Source of the DNA: Bacteroidales bacterium
GTDB lineage: Bacteria; Bacteroidota; Bacteroidia; Bacteroidales; Tenuifilaceae
DNA length: 64,000 nt
Direction: 5' to 3'
NCBI GenBank assembly: GCA_041656735.1
Contig: JBBACY010000008.1
Coordinates: forward strand, 4,041 to 68,040
In this document: positions 1 through 10,184 of the stretch, piece after piece
Numbering within the stretch: the first letter of the stretch is position 1
Layout: the number at the start of each line of letters is the position of its first letter
The notes under the pieces: model-generated
The model's database searches: none
What the model was told of the DNA's origin: nothing
What the model saw: the letters and a program-made list of their open reading frames with translations, nothing else
Position numbers and translations under genes: made by a program

Positions 1-1575
1 TATTTTTCGAGGAATGTTAACTGGGTTAAGGCCCAGTTCTTCAGACTTTAGGGTTATGTAATGGTTTATGAGTAGAGGAATGTCCGCTCTGCGCTCTCGT
101 AGCGCTGGCATCCTAACCGATGAGGTGCTTAGCGAGTAAAATAGGTCGATTTTAAATTCTTTTCGCTCAATTTTGTCACTTAAATCGAAAGGGTTACTGC
201 ACATGATTCGAACATCAACGGTTATTTGCTGCGCTGATCCTAGTCGGGTAACTTTTTTCGTTTTAATAGCCTCAAACACTTTTTCCTGTGTTGAAATGAG
301 CATAAGCCCTATATTGCTAATGTACAGCGTTCCACCATTGGCAAATTCAAAAGCACCAGGCTTAGGTATTCGGTGAAGGTGAGGCCTAAAATTTTCATGG
401 TAGCCCCAAAGGGTTTCCTCAAGTTCCTCGGGTGATAGGTTGGCCACGTTAACCTTAACAAATCCGTATGTAATCCTTGCGCTCGCATTATGTATTGCCT
501 GTGCAATCGATTCACGCCCGGTGTGCTTTTCTCCAATAAGCATAACCGCATTGTCGGTTTTAGCAATTGCTTTAGCCTCTTTAATTAGACGTTTCATGGT
601 AACCGAAATGCCCATAATATCATTCAGCTGAACGTGTGCCGTGTTTCCTATGTACTTATTCGCCTCGTTAAGTACATGTCGCATATTCTGAAGTGAGCAT
701 ATTTGTTCGTCGAATTTGTTTTGGGTACGCATAATGGCCTTTGTGTTAAGCAAAAAAAGCCCGCTCGAACTAGCATTTTGTAAAAGAACCTCTTTATGCT
801 CTACCTCAATCCATTTGCCATCCTTTGTGGTGATATTTTGCCATTCTGGAATGAATTTCGAAATCTTTTTACCGATAATATTTTCCCTATCAGAGCCTAA
901 AATATTGCAGGCCTCATCGCTAATAACTTTTATGATGCCCTTGGCGTTAACAACAAAATTGGGCTGTGCATACATATTTAGCTGGTTTAGCTGTATCTCT
1001 TTTAAAAGTTGTACCTGCTCCTTTTCTTCAGAGTATTGTAACTCATGCTTAATACAGTTTGCGGTTAGGTTTAAAAGTGCGTAAAGCATTTTAGCGTTTA
1101 GTTTCTCGCTGAAATAAATGCTGAGAGTTCCGGCTAGCTGACCTGCACCGATTTGCAAAGGCGTTGCGTGGCATTTCCACTGATTTGGTTTAAGTTCTGC
1201 TAAAGGATCGCCGTGCTCTGTATTCGCTTCGAACTGCGTGGCAACAACCTTGTCGATGGCAAGGTACAATGCAGTTTTTGGTGGAGGGAAACTACCTGAG
1301 ATGATAAATTTTTCAGTAAGTTTTTTTTGTAACTCCTCGTTAGTCACAATTTTTAGAATGCAACCCTCCGAGTCGGTTAGGAAGATAATTATACTGCTCT
1401 CCTCGGCAAAAGTGTACATTTTTTCAATGTATGGCTTAGCGCAGTTGATTAACCAGCTATTTGTTCTTAACCGATTTTTTATTTCGTTGGCGGTAAGAAT
1501 CTTTCCATTTATACCAGCTCTACCTACTATGATTTTATTGTTTTCGGGTGTTTTATTTGTCATCTTTCTGCCCAT
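1..1575 (-). CDS. Sigma-54 activator-like (AcoR/NtrC-type) regulator with degenerate AAA+ domain; 3' end runs off the window
   Basis: Absent from the ORF track; translated by hand. Open minus-strand frame from ATG 1575 (MGRKMTNKTPENNK...) to position 1. N-terminal GAF/PAS-like region, then bEBP AAA+ layout: VMLIGEKHTGRESIAQAIH, KPGAFEFANGGTLYISNIG, VDVRIMCS, FKIDLFYSL, PALRERRADIPLL. Confidence 0.85.
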   Translation of the reverse strand, partial: MGRKMTNKTPENNKIIVGRAGINGKILTANEIKNRLRTNSWLINCAKPYIEKMYTFAEESSIIIFLTDSEGCILKIVTNEELQKKLTEKFIISGSFPPPKTALYLAIDKVVATQFEANTEHGDPLAELKPNQWKCHATPLQIGAGQLAGTLSIYFSEKLNAKMLYALLNLTANCIKHELQYSEEKEQVQLLKEIQLNQLNMYAQPNFVVNAKGIIKVISDEACNILGSDRENIIGKKISKFIPEWQNITTKDGKWIEVEHKEVLLQNASSSGLFLLNTKAIMRTQNKFDEQICSLQNMRHVLNEANKYIGNTAHVQLNDIMGISVTMKRLIKEAKAIAKTDNAVMLIGEKHTGRESIAQAIHNASARITYGFVKVNVANLSPEELEETLWGYHENFRPHLHRIPKPGAFEFANGGTLYISNIGLMLISTQEKVFEAIKTKKVTRLGSAQQITVDVRIMCSNPFDLSDKIERKEFKIDLFYSLSTSSVRMPALRERRADIPLLINHYITLKSEELGLNPVNIPRKI

Positions 1576-2118
1576 AGGTATCTTTTTAATAATCAGCTGA
1601 ATAAAAAACTATCCCATTTTTACTAAAATTACTAAATATTTAATCAAAAAATAGAGTGTTACTGCTGTTTTTTATAGAATTGAATTAGATGCTTTAAAGC
1701 AAAGGGGTTGCACTGATTGCGAACATAGCTTAACAATAAAAACTAATGCACTGATAATTAGATGTATATAAAACGATAAAGGTTTCTCACTTTTCTATTT
1801 TATTGTTCACCAGAATATACACTTTTTCTATATTTGCTCGGAAATGAAACGAAAGATTGCTCGTTTTACTCTCGTATTCACCTGTTTACAGTCTTGCTTT
1901 TAACTAACCTAGTTCAGGCTTCTTGAGTTTTAAAACCTAAGTTTTCGCTTTTTCTAATTTTATGGGGCAACGTAGCTTCACCTGTGAAGTAGTAGGTAAT
2001 ATTAATGTTTTGCCTATGATTGTGGAGTATAATTCTACGCTAAATATAGAAAGTTCTGCAAGGTAAAATATTGTTATGCAGTATTTTATCTTGCAGGAAT
2101 ATGGGTTTACGACAAGGT

Positions 2119-3423
2119 TTACTTAAGGTACGTTGTAATAACTTTGCTAATTGCTCTTTGGCAAACGGGACAAAACCCATCGGCATCATTGCTGTGCATG
2201 CGGCAGTTTATATAAGGGCGATAAATACCCTTACTCATATACCCTCCGCCCTCGTACGCACCAATTGTGTTACTGTACTTTGGATTTGCAGGTGTTGGTA
2301 TAGGGGTGCTCTCGCTAACCATATCGGCCCATTTTGCCTTAAAGTTTACCATAGTGGTTATGTTGGGCTCCCATGGCTCAACAGATAGGTTGTAAAAATC
2401 TTGGTAAGCAACATCCGATGTGTAGTACTCGTCGGCAAGCCCCGCTAGTCCGTGCCCCAGCTCGTGTATAAATACTTCGTTTGTAAGAGGGTGGTCCGAA
2501 CTGGTAACGTTGTAATGATTGTAAATTCCGCCTCCGCCATACTTGTTGGTATTAACCAAAACGTACACTATGTCGGTTGGGGCGCTTGCAGCAGCGTCCA
2601 TCACCATTTTAAATTTAGTGGTTGTTAAATACCTATCTATTCCAAATGTATAAAACGATGAGTTTACGGCCGTTTTATTCCAAATATTTTTCCCTGGATT
2701 TGTTGGTCCTTCCGCTTCAGAGGGCGATTCGATGGCCCAAATGTTGATGCTGTTCTTGTGCTTGCTAAAAGGCTCTTGCGAGAATAGATATTCCGATAAT
2801 TTTGTAACATCGTTTCGGAATTTCTCCATTTGCTCGGCAGTGTATCCTTCGGCTATAAAAGATATGTCGAGCTTATCGTTGTGGTTGCCGCTGTTCAGTA
2901 TTTTAGAAACAGGATGCATTGCTGGCTGGTTATGGCTTATGTAAATGCTGGCGGGGTCTATTTCTAAGGTAACCAAATTGATGAAAAGTCCTGATTTTTC
3001 GCGACTTTTAAAGGTAACAACTACCTCTTGCTTTGGGAAGGGGATTCGCGTAACCTGTTCAAATGCTCTGGAAATAGTTTTGGCTTCCTCAATGGTTTGC
3101 CACTCTTGAAAAAGTGTGCAAAAACCTTTGGTGTAAAGCAATTTTTGGGTGTTCTTGTCACGCACCTCCACCATATACGACCCAAGGTTAAGGGTGTCAA
3201 TGGTTTGGGTGTGTGAGCCACTCCAGTAGGGCTCGTACTTTAGCTCATCCAGATAAAAGTTCTCGGAGTTACTATTGCCAGCTAAAAAGTAATCTATTCG
3301 TAGGGCCTTGTTGGTAAACCATTTATCGAAATCAATTTGGGCTTCAACCCTTACATTTCCTACTAAAATTAGTAATGCTGTTACCAAAAGTGAGGTAGTA
3401 GCATTCTTTGTGAATTGTATCAT
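2119..3423 (-). CDS. M64-family (IgA-peptidase-like) secreted metallopeptidase
   Basis: Signal peptide; M64 motifs FIAEGYT, YGGGG, HELGHGLAGLADEY, CRM, FCPVC. Confidence 0.88.
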   Translation of the reverse strand: MIQFTKNATTSLLVTALLILVGNVRVEAQIDFDKWFTNKALRIDYFLAGNSNSENFYLDELKYEPYWSGSHTQTIDTLNLGSYMVEVRDKNTQKLLYTKGFCTLFQEWQTIEEAKTISRAFEQVTRIPFPKQEVVVTFKSREKSGLFINLVTLEIDPASIYISHNQPAMHPVSKILNSGNHNDKLDISFIAEGYTAEQMEKFRNDVTKLSEYLFSQEPFSKHKNSINIWAIESPSEAEGPTNPGKNIWNKTAVNSSFYTFGIDRYLTTTKFKMVMDAAASAPTDIVYVLVNTNKYGGGGIYNHYNVTSSDHPLTNEVFIHELGHGLAGLADEYYTSDVAYQDFYNLSVEPWEPNITTMVNFKAKWADMVSESTPIPTPANPKYSNTIGAYEGGGYMSKGIYRPYINCRMHSNDADGFCPVCQRAISKVITTYLK

Positions 3424-3465
3424 TGAAAATTAGATTAAAGTAACAATTTTTAAAGTATAAATTTA

Positions 3466-4329
3466 TTACCCCAGGTAGCTTTTTAAAACTTTGCTTCGGG
3501 TTGCTAACTTCAGCCTTTTTATGGCTTTTTCTTTAATTTGCCGAACGCGCTCACGTGTAAGGTCAAGCTCTTCGCCAATTTCTTCGAGTGTGTGCTGGTG
3601 CTTTCCGTTTAGTCCAAAATATAGGCGAATTATTGATGCCTCGCGTGGTGTTAGTGTGGCCAAGGCTCGTTCAATTTCCTTTTTAAGGCTATCATTTAAA
3701 AGGCCTCTGTCGGGCGCAGGCATTTCGTTTGTAAGTAGTATGTCGTATAAGTTTCCATCCTCATCGGGTGAAATAGGCGCATCCATTGATATATGCCTGT
3801 TCGAACTTTTAAGGGCTTCCTTTATGTCGCCAGGAGCCAACTCAAGAACCTCGGAAAGTTCTTCGATTGAAGGCTCACGCTCAAATTGTTGCTCAAGTTT
3901 GGTAAATGCTCTGTTTACCTTATTTATTGAGCCAATTTTATTGAGAGGTAACTTAACTATGCGCGATTGTTCAGCAAGAGCTTGTAAAACAGCCTGTCTT
4001 ATCCACCATACAGCGTATGAAATGAATTTAAACCCCCTTGTTTCATCAAAACGTTGGGCCGCTTTTATTAGACCGAGATTTCCCTCATTTATTAAATCGG
4101 GTAGGCTAAGCCCCTGGTTTTGGTACTGCTTTGCTACAGATACAACAAACCTAAGGTTGGCTTTTATCAGATGGTCAAAGGCTGCTTTATCGCCCTCTTT
4201 TATTAGGCGAGCCAAGTTAACTTCTTCCTCGGTAGTCAGAAGTTCAACCTTTCCAATTTCGTGTAAGTACTTATCAAGCGATACGGTCTCTCTATTGGTA
4301 ACCTGCTTAATAATTTTGAGTTGTCTCAT
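3466..4329 (-). CDS. RpoD/SigA-family sigma factor, second paralogue (Bacteroidetes short type)
   Basis: MRQLKI...SLDKYL start, [46 protein letters not shown]; lacks region 1.1. Confidence 0.93.
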   Translation of the reverse strand: MRQLKIIKQVTNRETVSLDKYLHEIGKVELLTTEEEVNLARLIKEGDKAAFDHLIKANLRFVVSVAKQYQNQGLSLPDLINEGNLGLIKAAQRFDETRGFKFISYAVWWIRQAVLQALAEQSRIVKLPLNKIGSINKVNRAFTKLEQQFEREPSIEELSEVLELAPGDIKEALKSSNRHISMDAPISPDEDGNLYDILLTNEMPAPDRGLLNDSLKKEIERALATLTPREASIIRLYFGLNGKHQHTLEEIGEELDLTRERVRQIKEKAIKRLKLATRSKVLKSYLG

Positions 4330-4600
4330 CGTGGCAACACCTTTCTATTAAATAACGGTTGAATATATACATTAATATTTTTGATATTACCAAATAGCGC
4401 ATGTTTTTTTTAGATTTGATACTTTTTATTTGAAATTTTGGTGTTTTAAATATTATTGGTTAACATTGCAAAATATTCCTAGCAATATAATTCTCGCAAT
4501 ACCCAAAAATCCAACGTGTTATAATCTCATTTCTCAGAATTTACATTCGTAATAACTTGCAGCTAATGCTAGTTGCTATAATTAACCATATAAAAATCGC

Positions 4601-6406
4601 ATGTACGATATTTTAGAACTAAATAAAAAGTTGCTTCCTGAACTGAAGGAAATAGCTAAAGGTATGAATATTAAAAAGATTGAGGCGCTTCGTAAGCAAG
4701 ATTTAATATATAGAATACTCGATCAACAGGCTATTGATGCAGCCGAAAGTGATAGCCGAAAGCCTAAATTAACCACAAAGGATAGGGACAAGGATAAGGA
4801 TACCGAAAGGCCCGAAAGAAAAACGATTAGCCCTAAGCCCAAGAAGCAGGAGCCTACACCGACTCCCATTGTGAAGAAAGAGATTAAGACCACCGCTGCT
4901 CGTCCTGAGCCTGAAGAGGTAAATACTCAGCCAGAGGATCAGCAAAATGCTAACGATCATCAATCTAATCAAAATAAGCGCAAACGCTTTATCAGAAAGA
5001 AAGATGAGCAGGATGAGCATCAAGGAAACCATCCAGAGAAAGCCAATGACCATTTGGTAGCTGCAGATGTGCAGAAAGAAGAAAAGGTAGAGAAGGCTGA
5101 GGTTGTTCGGGAGCGAGTGCTCGAAACGAAGGCGAACAAACCTAAAGAGGTAAAGACGGATAGCGTTGTTGACACCAAAAAAAATGACCCGCAGACTGGT
5201 GAGCAGGTGGCAGAGAATGTAAAGAAGAGTAATCCGCGTGATTTTCAGCAGAAAAAAGGTAAGAACGGAGAAAAGTATGAGTTTGAAGGTATAATAAATG
5301 CAACGGGTGTACTCGAAATTATGCCCGATGGTTATGGCTTTATGCGCTCATCTGATTATAATTACTTAACATCGCCCGACGATGTGTACGTTTCACAGTC
5401 GCAAATAAAACTCTTTGGCTTAAAAACTGGCGACACCGTAACAGGTACAATTCGCCCACCCAAAGAGAATGAAAAATATTTCCCTCTAATTAAGGTGCTC
5501 GAAATAAATGGTAGAAGTCCTGATTACATTCGCGACAGAATACCGTTCGACTACCTAACACCACTATTCCCCGACGAAAAGTTTACGTTACTAGGTAATG
5601 GTCAGAATTCACTCTCGGCTCGCGTGGTTGATATGTTTTCGCCAATTGGAAAGGGGCAGCGTGGTTTAATTGTTGCTCAGCCCAAAACGGGTAAAACCAT
5701 CCTGCTAAAAGAGATTGCTAACTCAATAGCTGCCAATCACCCCGAGGTATATATGATTGTTTTACTTATCGATGAGCGCCCCGAGGAGGTTACCGATATG
5801 GCCCGTAGCGTGAATGCCGAGGTGGTATCGTCAACCTTTGATGAGCCAGCCGACAGGCACGTTCGCGTAGCGAATATTGTGCTCGAAAAAGCCAAGCGAA
5901 TGGTAGAATGTGGCCACGATGTGGTTATCCTACTCGATTCAATTACACGACTAGCTCGCGCATATAATACCGTTCAGCCCGCATCGGGTAAGGTGCTATC
6001 GGGTGGGGTTGATGCTAACGCACTTCACAAACCTAAACGCTTTTTTGGCGCAGCCCGTAATATTGAGAACGGCGGCTCCCTTACAATTTTGGCAACAGCC
6101 CTTATTGAAACAGGAAGTAAAATGGACGAGGTTATTTTTGAAGAGTTTAAAGGAACTGGTAATATGGAGTTACAGCTCGATAGGAAGCTGTCTAATAAAC
6201 GTGTTTTCCCTGCTGTTGATATTACCGTTTCGAGTACACGTCGTGAGGACTTGTTACTTGATAAGGAAACTCTCAATAAAACGTGGATCCTTAGAAATTA
6301 CTTAACCGATATGACATCGGTTGAGGCTATGGAGTTCCTTCGCGATAGGTTGGTTAAAACTCAAACTAACGAGGAGTTCTTTATGACAATGAATAGCGAT
6401 ATTTAA
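4601..6406 (+). CDS. rho: Transcription termination factor Rho with long N-terminal insertion
   Basis: [11 protein letters not shown]-binding motif, [19 protein letters not shown] Walker [34 protein letters not shown]. Confidence 0.98.
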   Translation: MYDILELNKKLLPELKEIAKGMNIKKIEALRKQDLIYRILDQQAIDAAESDSRKPKLTTKDRDKDKDTERPERKTISPKPKKQEPTPTPIVKKEIKTTAARPEPEEVNTQPEDQQNANDHQSNQNKRKRFIRKKDEQDEHQGNHPEKANDHLVAADVQKEEKVEKAEVVRERVLETKANKPKEVKTDSVVDTKKNDPQTGEQVAENVKKSNPRDFQQKKGKNGEKYEFEGIINATGVLEIMPDGYGFMRSSDYNYLTSPDDVYVSQSQIKLFGLKTGDTVTGTIRPPKENEKYFPLIKVLEINGRSPDYIRDRIPFDYLTPLFPDEKFTLLGNGQNSLSARVVDMFSPIGKGQRGLIVAQPKTGKTILLKEIANSIAANHPEVYMIVLLIDERPEEVTDMARSVNAEVVSSTFDEPADRHVRVANIVLEKAKRMVECGHDVVILLDSITRLARAYNTVQPASGKVLSGGVDANALHKPKRFFGAARNIENGGSLTILATALIETGSKMDEVIFEEFKGTGNMELQLDRKLSNKRVFPAVDITVSSTRREDLLLDKETLNKTWILRNYLTDMTSVEAMEFLRDRLVKTQTNEEFFMTMNSDI

Positions 6407-6495
6407 AGATTTAGAACGGAACGTTTTAGTTGAATAACCAAAATGTTTACGTAAAATAAATTTCGCATTAAAACTTTCGTACCTAAATATTGTTG

Positions 6496-6503
6496 TACCT
6501 TTG
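6496..6503 (+). promoter_or_regulatory. Bacteroidetes -7 promoter element (TAnnTTTG) of ssrA
   Basis: TACCTTTG 14 nt upstream of the mature tmRNA 5' end. Confidence 0.7.
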
Positions 6504-6517
6504 TACAACTAATTCAT

Positions 6518-6921
6518 GGGGCTGACCATGGTTTTGACAGCAAGATGAATGAATTGGTAAGCATGTCGAGCGTTGGGAAGCTGGCTCGTTAATCTCAGGA
6601 CTCAGACCTATAACAGGCGAAAATAACAATTACGCACTCGCTGCTTAGTAAGTACCAAGTACTTCTAACTTAATCGTACCAACAAGGTTGGTATAACGAG
6701 TAGTCTCACGGAGAGCTTCGCCCACTGGAACTCCGAATTGAGGCTTCAAAACAAATGGGCTAGTACAGAATGTTCCCCGGTTTCTGTGCGAAAATTTCGG
6801 GGATAAGGTTTTGGTTGGTCTCTTTCCCCCTGCCAATACTCGAAAATAAAGGAAAGATAAGCATGTAGAAAGCCACTTGGTTCCTTGTTTGGACGAGGGT
6901 TCGAACCCCTCCAGCTCCACA
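6518..6921 (+). ncRNA. ssrA: tmRNA
   Basis: 5' GGGGCTGAC, 3' T-arm GAGGGTTCGAACCCCTC and acceptor CAGCTCCAC(A); tag frame 6616-6648 encodes GENNNYALAA followed by TAG TAA; CCA not encoded. Confidence 0.97.
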
Positions 6922-6925
6922 AAGC

Positions 6926-7059
6926 AGTATTGAGTAAGAGTATTGAGCAAGAGTATTGAGCAAGAGATTTGGGTGTACCCATAACTCTTGCTCAATGTTG
7001 TTTTATCCCTCAATCCTCTTGCTGTTGCACTTGCTGAATTATCCCTCAATCCTCTTGCT
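6926..7059. repeat. Tandem and inverted 13-bp repeat cluster downstream of ssrA
   Basis: AGTATTGAG(T/C)AAG x3 at 6926-6964; inverted copy CTCTTGCTCAAT at 6985-6996; 21-bp direct repeat TTATCCCTCAATCCTCTTGCT at 7003-7023 and 7039-7059. Confidence 0.85.
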
Positions 7060-7294
7060 ATTGCCGTTCACTCTCACTAGTGCCAAAATCCACTTATCTT
7101 TAAAAGTTGCATTTAAAGGTGTTCGTTTTATGGTAGCAAAATGAAGAATGACACTGAATTAGTAAATCTTTTACCTCAGCGTTAAGACTATCCTTGTTAA
7201 GTTTATACTCCCATCTGTTTTAGGAAGTTTCAGGGTTGGGTAATGCTAAACGACAAACAAATGCAAACAGTAAAAATTTGAAGTAATAGTGTAG

Positions 7295-8455
7295 TTATTT
7301 TGTTATCTTATTCACCACAAGTGCGATGGCACCATCACCGGTAACATTGCAGGCTGTTCCAAAACTATCCATGGCAATGTAAAGCGCTATCATTAAGCCT
7401 ATCATCTCCTCATTAAAACCGAGCATGGATTGCAATATTCCTATGGCGGCCATAATTGCACCACCCGGAACGCCAGGAGCAGCAACCATTACTATTCCCA
7501 ACATAAAAATAAAACCCGCAAAAAGGGTGAAGCTAAAAGGGACGCCTTCCAAAATCATTATGGCCATGGCGCATGCTGTAATTTTCATAACGCTGCCCGA
7601 TAGGTGAATGGTTGCACATAGTGGAATTACGAAGCCAGCAATTTTTTCAGAGACACCATTTTTTAGCGTTTGCTTTAAGGTTACTGGAATGGTGGCTGCA
7701 GACGACTGCGTTCCCAAGGCTGTAAAGTAGGCAGGCATCATGGTGGCCAGTAAACGTAGCGGGTTCTTTTTTACGAGTATTCCCGTAACTGTATATTGCA
7801 GAAGAAGTAGGATAATGTGTAGTGCGAAAATTACACCAATGATATTTACAAATACCGAGAGTATTGAGTATACTTTACCTGTAAAAGACATATTTGCAAA
7901 TATCCCTAATATAAATAGCGGTAGTAAGGGTACAACAACATTCTCAATTAGCTGCATTATAATTACTTGGAAATCTTTAACAACTAATTTCAAGGTCGAT
8001 TTTTCTTGGTAAGCTAGTCCTAACCCAATTACAAATGCCAATACTAAGGCCGTCATTACATCTAAAACTACCGGGATAGTGATTGAAAAGTAGGGCGATA
8101 ATTCTTTCGCCGTTTCGGCTATTTGGGCCGCTTTATTAGCATGCGAAACCAGAAGTGATGAGAATAGATCCGAAGTGGCAAAGTAGGTCATAAAACCAGA
8201 GAAGAGCGTTGAACCGTATGCAATGGCAGTGGTTAGTAAGAGTAGTTTCCCTGCACCTTTTCCTAAATCTGAAATGGCGGGCATAATCAGTCCCATAATA
8301 ATTAGGGGAATTGCAAAGTTTAAAAACTGACTAAAGAGCGCATTGAAAGTGGCGAATATCCTATTTACCGATTCGGGTAAATAAAGTCCAAAAACAATTC
8401 CCAAAACAATGGCTAAGAAAACTTTAAATAGCAATTTCGAAAATAAACGCTTCAT
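7295..8455 (-). CDS. Dicarboxylate/amino acid:cation symporter (DAACS, SstT-like)
   Basis: Multi-TM protein; YFTALGTQSSAATIP, PLCATIHLSGS, APGVPGG, DSFGTACNVTGD. Confidence 0.92.
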   Translation of the reverse strand: MKRLFSKLLFKVFLAIVLGIVFGLYLPESVNRIFATFNALFSQFLNFAIPLIIMGLIMPAISDLGKGAGKLLLLTTAIAYGSTLFSGFMTYFATSDLFSSLLVSHANKAAQIAETAKELSPYFSITIPVVLDVMTALVLAFVIGLGLAYQEKSTLKLVVKDFQVIIMQLIENVVVPLLPLFILGIFANMSFTGKVYSILSVFVNIIGVIFALHIILLLLQYTVTGILVKKNPLRLLATMMPAYFTALGTQSSAATIPVTLKQTLKNGVSEKIAGFVIPLCATIHLSGSVMKITACAMAIMILEGVPFSFTLFAGFIFMLGIVMVAAPGVPGGAIMAAIGILQSMLGFNEEMIGLMIALYIAMDSFGTACNVTGDGAIALVVNKITK

Positions 8456-8948
8456 AACTATGTATTTAATAATAAAAGACTCGTTTGCTCTTTTTAATTT
8501 AATGAGTCAGCTAAGATAGAGGGAATGGCCTTATGAATAAATTTTCAACCTTACTTTTTTTACTAACTTTTAAATTCTATAATAATGTGTTGTTTATCAG
8601 GTATTTATAGAAAATATTCACTCGCCTTGAATATGGTTTTTATTATTGTTAGGTGGTAACTTTTATTTTAATGGGCAGAAATCGAAAAAGCTTAAGCAAA
8701 ACCTGTTCGAGCCTATTGCATATTATAACAATAGATGAGGCCACTCCTTATGAAAGAAAAATATGACAGCCTCAAAACATCAATCAGCCGCGTATTTTAT
8801 AAAAAGGAAAATAATATTTAGTATGTTTAGCCTCATAAATATCAAACAAAACCTGTCAACTCACACTAAACCATCTTAAGGATATAGCTAAATTTTAAAC
8901 CATTAATAGAAATGTTTAAGAGGGTTTAATTACATCAATTTTGAACAA

Positions 8949-9662
8949 ATGAAAACATTACAACAGGTGAAAAATAACTTGGCAAGTTATAACGATAAGA
9001 AAAGGGGCGATGATTTACATAAGTTTTTTCAAGTTTACCCCGGAGGCTATGGCGAGGGCGATCAGTTTATTGGAGTTACGGTTCCCAACCAGCGGATAGT
9101 GTCAAAAAAATACTACCAAAGCATAACCCTGAATGAACTTGAGCAATTGATTCGTGAGCCCATACATGAACACCGCTTAACCGCCCTGTTTATGCTTGTG
9201 CTTAAGTTCCAGAATAGTAAGGATGAGAGTCAGCAAAAGGAGGTTGTTGAGCTATACCTAAGAAATTTAGATTGGGTTAATAGTTGGGACCTTGTCGACT
9301 CATCGGCGCACCTAATCCTTGGGCCTTACCTTATGAATAAGGACAGGGAATTACTTTACGAATTGGCCGCAAATGCCAACTTTTGGGTGCAGCGTGTTGC
9401 CATAATAGCAACTCTTCATTTTATAAGGAATGGGCAATTTGACGATACGCTTAAAATTGCTGAAATCTTGCTCAACCATAGGCACGACCTCATTCATAAA
9501 GCGGTGGGCTGGATGCTGCGCGAGGTTGGTAAAAAGAACTACGAAGTGGAGTATGCCTTTCTGGTAAAACACTATAATAATATGCCCCGAACTATGCTGC
9601 GATACGCCATAGAGCGTTTTCCCGAAGAGACGAGGCAAGGGTTTTTGAAGGGGAAAATCTAG
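8949..9662 (+). CDS. DNA alkylation repair protein (AlkD-like HEAT-repeat family)
   Basis: YPGGYGEGDQFIGVTVP, NSWDLVD, DLIHKAVGWMLREVGK, MPRTMLRYAIE. Confidence 0.9.
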   Translation: MKTLQQVKNNLASYNDKKRGDDLHKFFQVYPGGYGEGDQFIGVTVPNQRIVSKKYYQSITLNELEQLIREPIHEHRLTALFMLVLKFQNSKDESQQKEVVELYLRNLDWVNSWDLVDSSAHLILGPYLMNKDRELLYELAANANFWVQRVAIIATLHFIRNGQFDDTLKIAEILLNHRHDLIHKAVGWMLREVGKKNYEVEYAFLVKHYNNMPRTMLRYAIERFPEETRQGFLKGKI

Positions 9663-9812
9663 GGGGTTGAGCTAACCGTTGTTTTGGGTTTTAATAATCA
9701 TGAATTAGGCCTAGTTCGGATATGTTTGTGTTAACTTTTGAGTTTAGCGGTTTTCACATTTTGCCACTTTCCAATTATCGCCTTAATCATTAGTTTTGTA
9801 TTGTCTATGGGG

Positions 9813-10181
9813 TTAATACAGAACCTCAGTTATAGATTTTTCAATCTCTTTATAATCTAAAGGCTTTCTGAAATACTTGTTAATCAGCTTATCATTAAGG
9901 GCTTCGGATATTTCCTCGTTTATCTCGTATCCAGTTAAAATGTAGAAAATAATATTTGGAAATTGTTCTTTTGCCTTAGCTATAAACTCTAGTCCATCCA
10001 TCCTTGGCATCCGCATGTCGCTAATAACTATTGGTATATCTGGATTGTTTTTTAAGATTTCGAGACCCTCAAAACCCGAAAGGGCTGTTATAACATTGAA
10101 TGTGCAGTGAACGTTAAGTTCAAAAAGTTTTAGGTTTATTGGCTCATCATCAACATATAGAACAGAGGTTGTTTTACCCAT
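9813..10181 (-). CDS. Single-domain response regulator (receiver only)
   Basis: YVDDE, ISDMRMP (phospho-Asp), LTG, FRKP; 3 nt downstream of the kinase stop. Confidence 0.93.
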   Translation of the reverse strand: MGKTTSVLYVDDEPINLKLFELNVHCTFNVITALSGFEGLEILKNNPDIPIVISDMRMPRMDGLEFIAKAKEQFPNIIFYILTGYEINEEISEALNDKLINKYFRKPLDYKEIEKSITEVLY

Positions 10182-10184
10182 GGC

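Noticed and set aside
173-1600. Plus-strand ORFs 173-376, 440-631, 716-1084, 1238-1600 and minus ORF 309-566
   Set aside because: Shadows of the real minus-strand regulator at 1-1575, which the ORF track missed because it runs off the window.
3491-4351. 286-aa plus-strand ORF
   Set aside because: Antisense shadow of the sigma factor; Ser/Phe-rich with no motifs.
6926-7059. Repeat cluster as a CRISPR array
   Set aside because: Units are 13-21 bp, mostly without spacers and in both orientations; no cas genes nearby.
6645-7144. ORFs over ssrA and the downstream repeats
   Set aside because: They overlap tmRNA or translate the 13-bp repeats.
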